Below are positions 49,039-58,298 of a DNA stretch of 64,000 nt, in pieces (position 1 is the first letter of the stretch; the number at the start of each line of letters is the position of its first letter). The DNA lies in contig DASZHK010000107.1 in NCBI GenBank assembly GCA_035937905.1, positions 536 through 64,535 on the forward strand, read 5' to 3'. A program made the position numbers and the translations under genes. Source of the DNA: Acidimicrobiales bacterium (GTDB taxonomy: Bacteria > Actinomycetota > Acidimicrobiia > Acidimicrobiales > RAAP-2). Under the pieces are notes generated by a model. That model had not been told where the DNA came from, did no database searches, and was given only the letters and a program-made list of their open reading frames with translations.

Positions 49039-49488
49039 ATGTTGGGGCGAACCTACGCGTCAGAGAACTGCTCGGCCGCACGCGCACTCGAAATCGTGGG
49101 CGAGCGATGGAGTTTGCTGATCATCCGCGACGCCTTCTTTCGAGGAAGGACTCGATTCTCGGAATTCGAGCACAGTCTCCACGTCGCACCGAACATCTTG
49201 GCGTCGCGACTGGAGCTTTTCGTCGCCGAAGGACTCATGGAGAAACGTCGTTACTCCGAAGGTTCCGAACTCTACGAGTACGTCCTCACGGAAAAGGGAC
49301 GAGAGCTCGGCGTCGTCATCATTGCGTTGACCGCGTGGGGCGATCGCTGGGAAGCTCCTCACGGCCCGCCGATCGAATTCAAACACCACCAGTGCGACGG
49401 TTCCGTCGGGATCAATGTTCTTTGCGATCGCTGCGGATCGAGTGTTTCGCTCAGCGACGTCCGAGCCGATCCTGGCCCCGGGCGCTGA
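49039..49488 (+). CDS. HxlR family winged-helix regulator
   Basis: 'NCSAARALEIVGERWSLLIIR', 'YEYVLTEKG', C-terminal 'H.QCDG...CDRCG'. Confidence 0.9.
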   Translation: MLGRTYASENCSAARALEIVGERWSLLIIRDAFFRGRTRFSEFEHSLHVAPNILASRLELFVAEGLMEKRRYSEGSELYEYVLTEKGRELGVVIIALTAWGDRWEAPHGPPIEFKHHQCDGSVGINVLCDRCGSSVSLSDVRADPGPGR

Positions 49489-49585
49489 CACCGCGCACGA
49501 TCACCGTTCTCGCTTCGAACGCACGTCGCACGCTTGAGTGGCCGGAATAATTGCGGTTGCGTACCGCCCTCACGTACCCTTGACT

Positions 49586-49927
49586 ATGGACTTTGACCGC
49601 TTCAGCGTCGTGTTGTTGATTCTGCGAGAGGACGCGCCTGCGCTGGGTGAGGTTGAAGCTGCGGCGTTGCAAGACGCTCACATGGCGCATCTGGCGGACC
49701 TCCATGAAGCCGGTCACCTTCTCGCGGCCGGCCCGCTCATCGACGGTCACTTTCGAGGGCTTTCCATTCTCAACGTTTCGCCCGAGGTCGCCCTTGAGTT
49801 AAAACAAGCCGACCCCGCGGTGCGAGCAGGCAAGTACGACATCAAAGTTCTTCCCTGGTTGGTGCCCGGGGGCGCCGTTCACTTCACGCCAACGCACTTC
49901 CCTCGCTCCATGGCCGAGGTCGAGTAG
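49586..49927 (+). CDS. YciI family protein
   Basis: 'HMAHL', 'GHLLAAGP', 'DPAVRAG'. Confidence 0.82.
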   Translation: MDFDRFSVVLLILREDAPALGEVEAAALQDAHMAHLADLHEAGHLLAAGPLIDGHFRGLSILNVSPEVALELKQADPAVRAGKYDIKVLPWLVPGGAVHFTPTHFPRSMAEVE

Positions 49928-50035
49928 CTCGTCGCGGAGGAATGGCGCTCGTCGTATCGCGTTTCGCCGCGCGGCGCCGCTTTCTGGCACCGGTAAACAA
50001 TTGAGTGCAACCGGGACCGCCGGTACGCTGAATCG

Positions 50036-50566
50036 ATGGCGTTACGACTGCGTCCTTACCGTCACGACGACGAGTCCTCGGCGCTCAACGCGCACGAAGT
50101 GATACTCACCGAGGACTTTCACTTCCTCCTTGGATGGAACGCTCTCATGTCGTGGTCGGATTTTCTACGAGCTCTCGACGACCAGCGCCGCGGCGTGAAC
50201 CTTACCGAGAATCAAGTGCGCGCGGTGCAGCTCGTCGCTGAAATGGATGGCGAACTCGTTGGCAGGGTCTCGATACGATTCGAACTCAACGATTTCTTGG
50301 CGACGACGGGAGGACACATTGGCTACGCCGTCGTGCCCGCGCACCGAAGCAAGGGTTACGCGAAGGAGATGTTGCGCCAGGCCCTCGTCGTGATTCGCGC
50401 GGAGGGAGTCGACCGCGTTCTCGTGACGTGTCTTGACGGCAACGCCGGATCGCGAAGGGTCATCGAGAGTTGCGGGGGCACGTACGAGTCGAGCGTGCCG
50501 TTAGAAGAAGGTCAAACGCTTTGCCAAGACAACGGACAAGAAGTTCGCCGGTACTGGTTCGAGTAG
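50036..50566 (+). CDS. GNAT family acetyltransferase
   Basis: 'GRVSIRFELN', 'GHIGYAV.P..R.KGYA', 'N.GS.RVIE.CGG'; TACGCT 6 nt before ATG. Confidence 0.88.
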   Translation: MALRLRPYRHDDESSALNAHEVILTEDFHFLLGWNALMSWSDFLRALDDQRRGVNLTENQVRAVQLVAEMDGELVGRVSIRFELNDFLATTGGHIGYAVVPAHRSKGYAKEMLRQALVVIRAEGVDRVLVTCLDGNAGSRRVIESCGGTYESSVPLEEGQTLCQDNGQEVRRYWFE

Positions 50567-50613
50567 CGCGGCTGACGTCATCGACAGAAACAGAAATAGT
50601 CCCCGGACGGCCG

Positions 50614-50862
50614 AAAACCCCGAGTGACCAGTGAGCCGAAACTCACCCGCCCCTCGGGGTTTCCGAGGCACGCCAACTATGTTCCGTGTCGGACAGAACA
50701 TCTTTGACGGCAGGCACTTCACGTCATTTGCCAGTTTCGAACAGTGGACCGAACTCCACTGCCCGCCAGAAGGATTCCGATCCTCTTGCGAGGCCCCTCA
50801 TCCCCCTACTTCCCTCTCCCCTTGCGGTTCGAAGAATCGTTGGCAGGTGCTACGTGAACTAC
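50614..50862 (-). ncRNA. candidate stand-alone structured RNA (~250 nt), family not recognised
   Basis: Closing helix, GCAA/UUCG-capped hairpins, promoter TTGGTA-N17-CAGAGT, terminal stem + UUUU; between convergent genes. Confidence 0.65.
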
Positions 50863-51080
50863 GAGAGTTACTCTGCCAGAGATTTTTGCCGTTACCAAGG
50901 CCGAAGGGGGAAATCACAAACTTATGCCCAGAATTGATTCACTTATGCACCAATTTCGACCTTATGTACAGAGATACCAACCACTTAGTCGCATCTTTTG
51001 CACAGGAGTTACCTTCGTCGCGACCATTTTTTCGAAGCGTTTGCGCTGCTCCCCGAGTCGAAACGATGCCTCGAAGAAAA

Positions 51081-52142
51081 CTACGAGAATGTAGTTTGTT
51101 CGAGCCATCGTCCGTGCGCGTGGCACCAGCCCCAATGGGCGGGCGCTGACCCCGGATTCGCCATCACGATCTGCGACGCACCGCGATGGTGGGCCTCGTC
51201 GTCGACGCTCACGCCGGGCCACGTCACCATCGCTGACTCCATCGAGATCCACGCGACGTTCCCTTCACGACAACGTCGCGACATTTCGTTGAAGTACGCG
51301 AGCTGTTCGTCGGGAGTGAAGTAAAACGCCACCCACGTGTTCACGACGATCGTCATCGCGTTCGCGTCACCTTCGTCAAATGCATCGTCGAGTCTTTCGA
51401 GTGCGGTTCCAGTAAGTTCCGTCACGCTCGGCCACGACGGACGCGCCGCCACGATCGCGTCGAGACGTTCGTGACGTCGACGTTCCTCGGGCCAGAGGCA
51501 GGCCTTAAGCCACAGGCGATCTTCTTCATTGCTGAGATCGAGAGGATGGGGATCAATGCCGACGCGCGATTTTACGCTGGGCATCTTTCTCGTTCGATCG
51601 ATCGACGTCAAGTCGTCGCAGATCAACGTCAACGCGTTGCCGTCGTCTTTTGTCCGAACCGGAAACTGGTCGAAGCAGAGGTTGATACCCGCCGACGTCC
51701 CCACTTCAATGAGATTGACCTCCTCGAAGGTTTGACCCACGAGTTCAGCGACGAGGACTTGCAAGATGGCGCTTCGACCTGGTTCATTGGTCTGCGTCGA
51801 TCGCCACAGTTCACTTCGAACGAGCTCTGGCGTGTCATGTACAACGCCGAGTACAGAAAGCGCCGCGGCTTCCATGTCTTCGATATGACCGAGGCGCGCC
51901 CTGTCGTAGATCGGACCGAGGACGGGGTGACCGCGAAGACCCGCGAGTTGCAATGCCGCGAGGATCAGCATTGGATTGCGCTGTTCCAACCGTACGGACG
52001 CGAGGAGTTCGAGCGCGAGCGTGTCGCGCTCGAGTTCGTGCAACAACGCCGTGTAGAAGGGCAAGCGTTCGTAGTCCTCGGGCGCGAGAGCGAAGTGATA
52101 GCGCTTTCGCGCGTCGTCAAGATCCTGGGTAGTAATGGACGT
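51081..52142 (-). CDS. DUF2332 family protein
   Basis: 'TQTNEPGRS', 'EVGTSAGINL..D', 'GIDPHPLD', 'WLKACLWPE...R.ERL'; frame open to 52151, likely start ACG 52142 (ORF track uses TTG 52064). Confidence 0.8.
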   Translation of the reverse strand, partial: TSITTQDLDDARKRYHFALAPEDYERLPFYTALLHELERDTLALELLASVRLEQRNPMLILAALQLAGLRGHPVLGPIYDRARLGHIEDMEAAALSVLGVVHDTPELVRSELWRSTQTNEPGRSAILQVLVAELVGQTFEEVNLIEVGTSAGINLCFDQFPVRTKDDGNALTLICDDLTSIDRTRKMPSVKSRVGIDPHPLDLSNEEDRLWLKACLWPEERRRHERLDAIVAARPSWPSVTELTGTALERLDDAFDEGDANAMTIVVNTWVAFYFTPDEQLAYFNEMSRRCREGNVAWISMESAMVTWPGVSVDDEAHHRGASQIVMANPGSAPAHWGWCHAHGRWLEQTTFS

Positions 52143-52232
52143 GGCCCAATCCTAGAGTCACGCAATAGATAATGGGCGCGAGACCTCCCACGTAGCGCCG
52201 TGAAAAACTTGGCACCTACGTACGGTCAAGTC

Positions 52233-52910
52233 TTAGGACCGAACGAGCGCCTTCGGGAGCGAAACGCTCATCAAATTGGTGAAGACTACGATATTTGATT
52301 CGTAGTGTCCCGTCGCGTGATCGAACGTCCCACCACACGTGACGAGCTGGAGCGAGCGCGTACCGTGCGATCCATAGACCAGTCGATCGGGAAACGATGA
52401 CTTGGAGTACTGGACGACTTTCGTGACGGAAAAGTTCGTCACCGTTCCGTTCTGTAGAACCACGCTCACCCGGGCGCCAGCCTTTAGCGACTTCAGATCG
52501 AAGAAGACGCCGGGACCCTGCGTTGAGTCGACGTGACCGAGGATGACGGCGGAGCCGATCTGTCCAGGCGGCGGTCCGTCTTTATACCAACCGACGACGC
52601 GAGTGTTGGTGGGTACCATGACTTGGTGATCCGGCTGTAAGCCGAGTGTGCCGACCTGGGTATTGACGCCGATCGAGCGAATGGTGATTCTGACTGGACG
52701 CGATCTGGCGACGACGGAAATCTTCGTCGTCGAGTTCGACGTGGACGTTACGTGAGCCAGCACGGCCGCCTTGGGATCGGTCCTGGGCAACGTCGCGGCG
52801 AGCGAGTACGCGCCCACGCCGAAGGCGAGTGCCGCAATGCTCCACCACACCCACGCTCGACGTTGGCGCCCGCTCCGAACCCTCACGTCCTGCGCGCGAT
52901 CATCGGGCAA
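52233..52910 (-). CDS. class F sortase
   Basis: N-terminal TM; 'VGWY..GP.PGQ.GSAVILGHVD', 'LVTCGG.FD...GHY.SN'. Confidence 0.9.
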   Translation of the reverse strand: MPDDRAQDVRVRSGRQRRAWVWWSIAALAFGVGAYSLAATLPRTDPKAAVLAHVTSTSNSTTKISVVARSRPVRITIRSIGVNTQVGTLGLQPDHQVMVPTNTRVVGWYKDGPPPGQIGSAVILGHVDSTQGPGVFFDLKSLKAGARVSVVLQNGTVTNFSVTKVVQYSKSSFPDRLVYGSHGTRSLQLVTCGGTFDHATGHYESNIVVFTNLMSVSLPKALVRS

Positions 52911-52913
52911 CCG

Positions 52914-53978
52914 CTACTGGTGACGTCGACGAGAACGCACGGCGACTGACGTTGCCGCGACTCCGACACCGAGAGCGCCGAGGCCAATGAGGCCGAGGGG
53001 CGTCGAACTCGATCGCGCTGTGCCACCCTCACCGGTCTTCGGGGCGCCGACCGGAATGATGGTCGGGCTCGCGGGGAGCGTCGTAGTCGTACGACGCTTC
53101 GCCGGTGCCTTCGTCCCTGTCGTGACGGGCTTCGTTGTTGTAGTTGTGGGCGTCGTGGTCGTCGTCGTCGCGGCGGCCGCGGCACACGTCGGGACGTTCA
53201 CCGTGTTGTTGTTAAGGGTGACCGCACCAGTTTGCGCTAGCAACCGACCTTGCACACTGGCGCCGTTGTTCAAGGTGACCGACGTTTGCGCAAGGATCGT
53301 GCCGACGAATGACGTCGTCGTTCCGAGTGTCGCCGAGCTCCCCACTTGCCAGAAGACATTGCACGCCTGAGCGCCGCCAATCAAGACGACCGAACTGCCC
53401 GACGCCGTGGTCAACGTGGATCCAGCTTGAAAGATGAAGACCGCGTTGGCGTCGCCACCGCCGTTAAGCGTCAAGGTCCCATTGAGGGCCAGACCACTCG
53501 CCGACTGGTAGACGCCCGGCACCAACGTCGTACCGCCCAGCGTTCCCGCAGCCACCGTTGAGAACGGAGTCTCACCCGCGGCGATCAGGTAGGCGGCGGT
53601 TGAAGAGGACTGAGCCGCGAGCGAGGACGCGTCCGCGGCGCCCGTCGTGCCATGAACGAGTCCGGGCGGAAAACCAGTGATGGAGGTGCCGGGAGAAAGT
53701 CCTACGTTGCCAGTGATCACCGAAGAACCGGTGTTCGTCACCGTCGAGCCCGCAAGAACCGCGAACGGCGTGGCGTTACCGAGATTGATCGGCGTCGCCG
53801 CGGCCATGGCGACCTCACCGGAGAACGCCATCAACGTGACGAGACTGAGCAGACCCGTGGCGACGATGCCGAGAGTGAAACGAACGCCGGATCGATGAAC
53901 TGGGCGGCGCGAACCACGAAACTTGTAAAAGTTTTTCCATGAAGAAGTGGTACGAATTATTGCGGGGTCAGATGACAT
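52914..53978 (-). CDS. ice-binding-like (DUF3494) protein with C-terminal sorting signal
   Basis: 'NLGNATPFAVLAGSTVTNTG', 'PGVY', 'AVFIFQ', 'GAQACNVFWQVGSSATLG', Thr-rich linker, 'PVGAPKTGEGG'+TM+RRR; start uncertain. Confidence 0.9.
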   Translation of the reverse strand: MSSDPAIIRTTSSWKNFYKFRGSRRPVHRSGVRFTLGIVATGLLSLVTLMAFSGEVAMAAATPINLGNATPFAVLAGSTVTNTGSSVITGNVGLSPGTSITGFPPGLVHGTTGAADASSLAAQSSSTAAYLIAAGETPFSTVAAGTLGGTTLVPGVYQSASGLALNGTLTLNGGGDANAVFIFQAGSTLTTASGSSVVLIGGAQACNVFWQVGSSATLGTTTSFVGTILAQTSVTLNNGASVQGRLLAQTGAVTLNNNTVNVPTCAAAAATTTTTTPTTTTTKPVTTGTKAPAKRRTTTTLPASPTIIPVGAPKTGEGGTARSSSTPLGLIGLGALGVGVAATSVAVRSRRRHQ

Positions 53979-54304
53979 ACGACACACAGCTCTCACAACC
54001 GAATTAAGTTCAGAGTCAACGAGTCTGAAAATCGGTTTCTGATTAGTAATTATACAGCCAAGTAAGATTTCATTCAGATGACAATTCTTTTTTGAGCGCC
54101 GACCATCATCGAATCCCGACGCCCTCTCAGTACTAAGACTGGAGTTTTCGGCGCTTCTCGCGAATGGGACCAAAACCCTCGACAACGAATTTTCTCTTTG
54201 AGACGAGGAGTAATGATGTTTTTCTCATTTCTTTCCCAACGTCTCCACAACGATTGCCGACACCATCCGAACTGGAGTTATTGGACCGCTCCGCTCGTAA
54301 CCAA

Positions 54305-54763
54305 TCAGACCTCGTCTGAACTCTTCTCTGCGCCGCGAGGCGTGCTCGACCCGTGCTCATCGATCGTGACGTCTTCAGCGTTCGACGTGCGGCGTTGGCG
54401 ACGGAGATTCACTCTGAGTTGGACCACTCGGCCTACACCCACCGCAACGACGACGACCGCGCCGGCCAAGGCTGCGGCGAGCAACGCCACGGCGATGGGT
54501 ATGCGTCCCGAAACGGAGAAGAAGTCGATACGCACGTTACGTGTGTTCTGCGCGATGAAATCGATAAGTGCGACGCCAAACAGCACGGCGACGACGACCC
54601 CCGCCCACGCAGTCGACGTCCTTGTGTGCCGATAGCGCTCTGCCCTTTTCTCAGAACGGTTTCCTCGTCGCTTGGATTGAGAGTTGTTCCGACTCGCGTC
54701 AACGGACGTCTTCGAAGAAATTCCGTCTGTCGCCTCAAGCTCGTCACCGCCGGATCCGTTCAC
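54305..54763 (-). CDS. LapA-like (DUF1049) membrane protein
   Basis: 'ALIDFIAQNTRNVRIDFF...PIAVALLAAALAG'. Confidence 0.8.
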   Translation of the reverse strand: MNGSGGDELEATDGISSKTSVDASRNNSQSKRRGNRSEKRAERYRHTRTSTAWAGVVVAVLFGVALIDFIAQNTRNVRIDFFSVSGRIPIAVALLAAALAGAVVVVAVGVGRVVQLRVNLRRQRRTSNAEDVTIDEHGSSTPRGAEKSSDEV

Positions 54764-54953
54764 GTCAATTCCGTTCTACCCGTAAGACAGTTCGCCACTC
54801 GAGAGACTCGGCGTCAGCCGGTGAGATCCGAGTATCCGATCGAGCCAGTAGAGCTTGCAAACAGTCTCCTCACCGCTCGGACCGCCGGCGCGCGTCGGTC
54901 CTCACGAGCGATCGTAGTTCGTACTCACCCGTTCGGTCCCGAAGGGCCCGCTC

Positions 54954-56741
54954 TTACTGCGAAAGGGTCTCGATGGTGACTCTTTGCACAGCGTCTCTCG
55001 TCTCCAAGGTCACGTGCACGTGGACTTTGGCCCGGGTCGACAGGAACTTCTGTACGACGTGCACCCTTGTGAGCGCGAGCGCGGCGTCCCTAGAGGCGTA
55101 GCCAATGAGTCGAAGGGAAGCGCCGTTCACCAGTTTCCTCGCGAGCACACTCAACGAGTGCTGCGACGCGGAACTGAGCGCCGTGCCAGTGGAAGTAAAG
55201 CTCAACACGACAGCCGCGGGCCGTGCCGGCAGTGCGAAGTCCACCGCCGTCGCCGCGGATGACGCCGCCGCGTACGTTGAGTCGGCCGCCTTGGTGGCCG
55301 TCACGATACAGGTCCCGGCGCTCGTCGCCTTCACGGAGGTACCCGAGATCACGCAACCCGTCGCCGTGCCGTTCGTGACCGCGTACGTCACCGCGCCAGT
55401 TCCCGAACCGCCGCTCGTCGTTAAGGTCAACGACGTGCCAAAGCCGGCATTCGTGCTCGTGAGGCTGAACGTCGCTTGCGTCGCCAACGTAAAGGTCACC
55501 GTCATGGCCAACGAGTTCGTTGAAGAATAGTGGGTGTCGCCAGCCTTCGTGGCGGTGACCATGCAGGTCCCCGGCGACGTGGCGTTCAAGACGCCCGACG
55601 TGACGGAGCAGCCCGCGGTGCCAGCCGACGTCACGCTGTAGGTGATGGCACCCGCGCCCGATCCACCACTCGTCGTCAGAGGAAGTCCAGTGCCCAACAC
55701 GCCCGTCGTACTGGTCACGACGAGCGGGGCCTGACTCGAAAGCGTCAGCACGACCGCGTAGGGGTAAGCCGCACTGGTCTGGGTCAAGTAGTTGGTATCG
55801 CCCGAATAGATCGCGTTCAGATCGACCGTCGACGTCGGGAGCGCCGTCGTCACGCACGTGGCCGTGGTTATGGAGATGGCCTGGGTCGCGCACGCACCGA
55901 TCGCGTTATACGTCGCTCCGTCAGTTGAGTACTGAAACGCGACGGTGCCCGTCGCACCCGCACTGACCGTGGCCGTCAAGGTCACCGACGTACCGGGAGC
56001 GACGGGCGTTACCGGATTTGCACCGAGCGAAACGGTCGCCGCGGCCTTCGCGAAGGTCACGGTCGTCGTCACCGGCGCTGACGAGACGTAGTGGGCGTCA
56101 GCTGCCTGATTGACGGTAACGGTGCACGTGCCGGCACTGGTGGCGTTCAAGACACCCGACGTGATGGAGCAGCCAGCGGTGCCGGCTGTCGCCACGGAGT
56201 ACGTGACGGCTCCCGCACCGCCACCGCCGGACGAGGCCAACGAAAGACCCGATCCGTACGTGCCACTCGTGCTCGTAAGCGTGAGAGGACTCGCCGTGGT
56301 GAAACTAAGAGGCGTGCCGTACGTCACGGCAGCGTTGGAGTCAGTAGTGATGAGGTTGTAGTAATAGGTCGTGCCCGCAGAGAGGCCACTGAGTGCCCCG
56401 GTTTCTGCTTGTGTCGTCGTGAGGGGCGCGGTGAAGGGATTTCCTGTGGCGAGTATCGATCCGGCCGAGCACGTTACGACACTGCTTTGCGTTATCGAAT
56501 AACAAAAGCCAATCGAGGTTGCGGTGGCGCTCGAGTCGGTCGTAATCGAACCGTTCACGTTGGCCGTGACTGTCGTGATCAGCGAAGCGACACCCGTGGT
56601 GTTCACAACGGTGGCCGACGCCGCAACGAGTCCTACGGTGCTTGTTATCAGCAGTGAGCCGGCGAGAACGGCAACGGCCATTGAGAGCCGACGAAAAACG
56701 GAGCTACGCCTTTTCAAACTTCTCGATGCTTCGTTCAACAC
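54954..56741 (-). CDS. secreted S/T/A/G-rich repeat protein with FN3-like, Ig-like and degenerate OmpA-like domains
   Basis: Signal peptide; 'LSGLSAGTTYYY'; three 'TY.V...GC.....ATS.GTC.VT.TK' repeats; 'AIYSGDTNY'; C-terminal 'F.S.G..LS...L..LA..L...L.L.GYA'. Confidence 0.82.
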   Translation of the reverse strand: MLNEASRSLKRRSSVFRRLSMAVAVLAGSLLITSTVGLVAASATVVNTTGVASLITTVTANVNGSITTDSSATATSIGFCYSITQSSVVTCSAGSILATGNPFTAPLTTTQAETGALSGLSAGTTYYYNLITTDSNAAVTYGTPLSFTTASPLTLTSTSGTYGSGLSLASSGGGGAGAVTYSVATAGTAGCSITSGVLNATSAGTCTVTVNQAADAHYVSSAPVTTTVTFAKAAATVSLGANPVTPVAPGTSVTLTATVSAGATGTVAFQYSTDGATYNAIGACATQAISITTATCVTTALPTSTVDLNAIYSGDTNYLTQTSAAYPYAVVLTLSSQAPLVVTSTTGVLGTGLPLTTSGGSGAGAITYSVTSAGTAGCSVTSGVLNATSPGTCMVTATKAGDTHYSSTNSLAMTVTFTLATQATFSLTSTNAGFGTSLTLTTSGGSGTGAVTYAVTNGTATGCVISGTSVKATSAGTCIVTATKAADSTYAAASSAATAVDFALPARPAAVVLSFTSTGTALSSASQHSLSVLARKLVNGASLRLIGYASRDAALALTRVHVVQKFLSTRAKVHVHVTLETRDAVQRVTIETLSQ

Positions 56742-57358
56742 GTTGCCTCCTCGGCGCTTGCGATTCGATTGCGTCCATGCGCGGTGACACGTTCAGTCAA
56801 AACTTCTGAATTAGATGTCGAAGCGAAATCGTCGAACCGCCTCCAAGTTATTCATTGAGCTCAAGTCGTTGGTAGTCACGAACGAAGTTATGTGCAACTT
56901 TTGTGAAAGTGAATTGATTAGTGCGAAGAAGACAAACTTCTTGTCGACAACGGATCGTTTTTGACGAGTCAATCCCGTATCAATTGTTGAGAGTCGCAGC
57001 GACGAATATCGCCGACGCGAGTGAATCCACTTCGTCGCGAAGAAGAGATGAAACGCATTTAGTGTCCGCGATTTCTCGCCGGTGCAAACCCACGCAACTT
57101 CTACGCGACCGCTCGACGACTGAGATCAGTTTGGAGGAATGCTGCGGAATTCACACGTGCTCGCACGTTCACCGTGGATGAAGCGTGGCGACGAGAATTC
57201 TCACCACGTCGATTACACATCTGCGCTCTGGCCGACTACATCACGTGAGGTCTTTTGCCACACACCACCGCCCTCCGGCACAACCTCGGCCATAAATCGC
57301 GTGGTCAAATGGGTCCAGGGCCTCGTGCTTCATGCACGGTTCTTCTTCTGCTCCAGAG

Positions 57359-57431
57359 TGGAGGTGATGGGATTCGAACCCACTGCCTCTACATTGCGAA
57401 CGTAGCGCTCTACCAATTGAGCTACACCCCC
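57359..57431 (-). tRNA. tRNA-Ala(CGC)
   Basis: Cloverleaf GGGGGTG/CACCTCC with G3:U70, anticodon loop TTCGCAA; CCA not encoded. Confidence 0.96.
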
Positions 57432-57446
57432 GAAGAGGTGACTAGT

Positions 57447-58223
57447 TTAGCCCAACGCCCGGCGACGCTGGGGCTGGCGATCCCAGCTTTGCGCAGCCTC
57501 CGGTTCATAAAACTCTGACTCGAACTCGTCTTCGTACTGCGCGGAGTAACCGTCACGCTCACGGCCGTACAGGGGTTCGATAGTGGCGAGTTGACGACGC
57601 TGAGGTACCCGAATGGGAAGCGACGAGTCGTTCAAGTAGCCCTGACTGACGGAGTAGAACGCCAACGCGACGTACACGACAACGGCGATCATCGACAGCG
57701 CCGCGACGTCGAAGAGCAACGTGTTGCCGGTGACGAACGCGAGCAGCGTCAACACGACCGCGGCGAGCACCAGACGTGTGAACATCATGCGACGTTGTGA
57801 CTTCATCGAGCGACGCCGTATTGGCGCTTCGTACGTGGGCGACGCGACGATCTCGTCGGGTCGTGACGAGTACGCCTTCGCGTACCGGTTCGTCACGGAC
57901 GAGATCGGTCGCACCGAGTCGTCATACTCGTAGTCGTCACTCCACTCGTCCCACGAAGATCGTGATTCGAGTGTGCCAAAGGTGTCGTCAGCGTGAACAA
58001 CGGTCAGACGTGGCTTGCGTTCTGAGAATTGGGCGCTGGCAGCGGGCTCGTCGGGCTGGTCGAGACGGTGCGCCGGCGCGACCGAGTAGTCCTGTCGGCT
58101 GAGGACCTCGTGTTCGGCGTGAAAGGACAGGATGGACTTTTCAGTACCACCGTCACGGAGTCGACGAACTGCGATGGGTGCCAATAGCGCGACCCAGAAG
58201 AGGGCCAGAACTATTAGCAGCAT
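57447..58223 (-). CDS. membrane protein, GlpR/SepX-like
   Basis: N-terminal TM, charged linker, 'RRR..F..L' then two TMs; position just upstream of tRNA-Ala(CGC) as in other actinobacteria. Confidence 0.6.
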   Translation of the reverse strand: MLLIVLALFWVALLAPIAVRRLRDGGTEKSILSFHAEHEVLSRQDYSVAPAHRLDQPDEPAASAQFSERKPRLTVVHADDTFGTLESRSSWDEWSDDYEYDDSVRPISSVTNRYAKAYSSRPDEIVASPTYEAPIRRRSMKSQRRMMFTRLVLAAVVLTLLAFVTGNTLLFDVAALSMIAVVVYVALAFYSVSQGYLNDSSLPIRVPQRRQLATIEPLYGRERDGYSAQYEDEFESEFYEPEAAQSWDRQPQRRRALG

Positions 58224-58298
58224 TCGGCTTGCTCCAGGTGGCGTCGCGGTGACATTGCCACAAATTTACTGTCGCTACTGGTTATTTAGGTGGATGCG

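Noticed and set aside
50631-51149. 172-aa plus-strand ORF in the GNAT-DUF2332 gap
   Set aside because: No SD or promoter, unnatural P/S/R/C-rich composition, antisense to the structured RNA candidate and overlapping DUF2332
50566-57358. Duplicated tRNA-Ala 3' end marking an attR
   Set aside because: No second copy of the T-arm/acceptor sequence seen in the window
56921-57518. ORFs of 86-88 aa around tRNA-Ala
   Set aside because: Overlap the tRNA or have random-like composition
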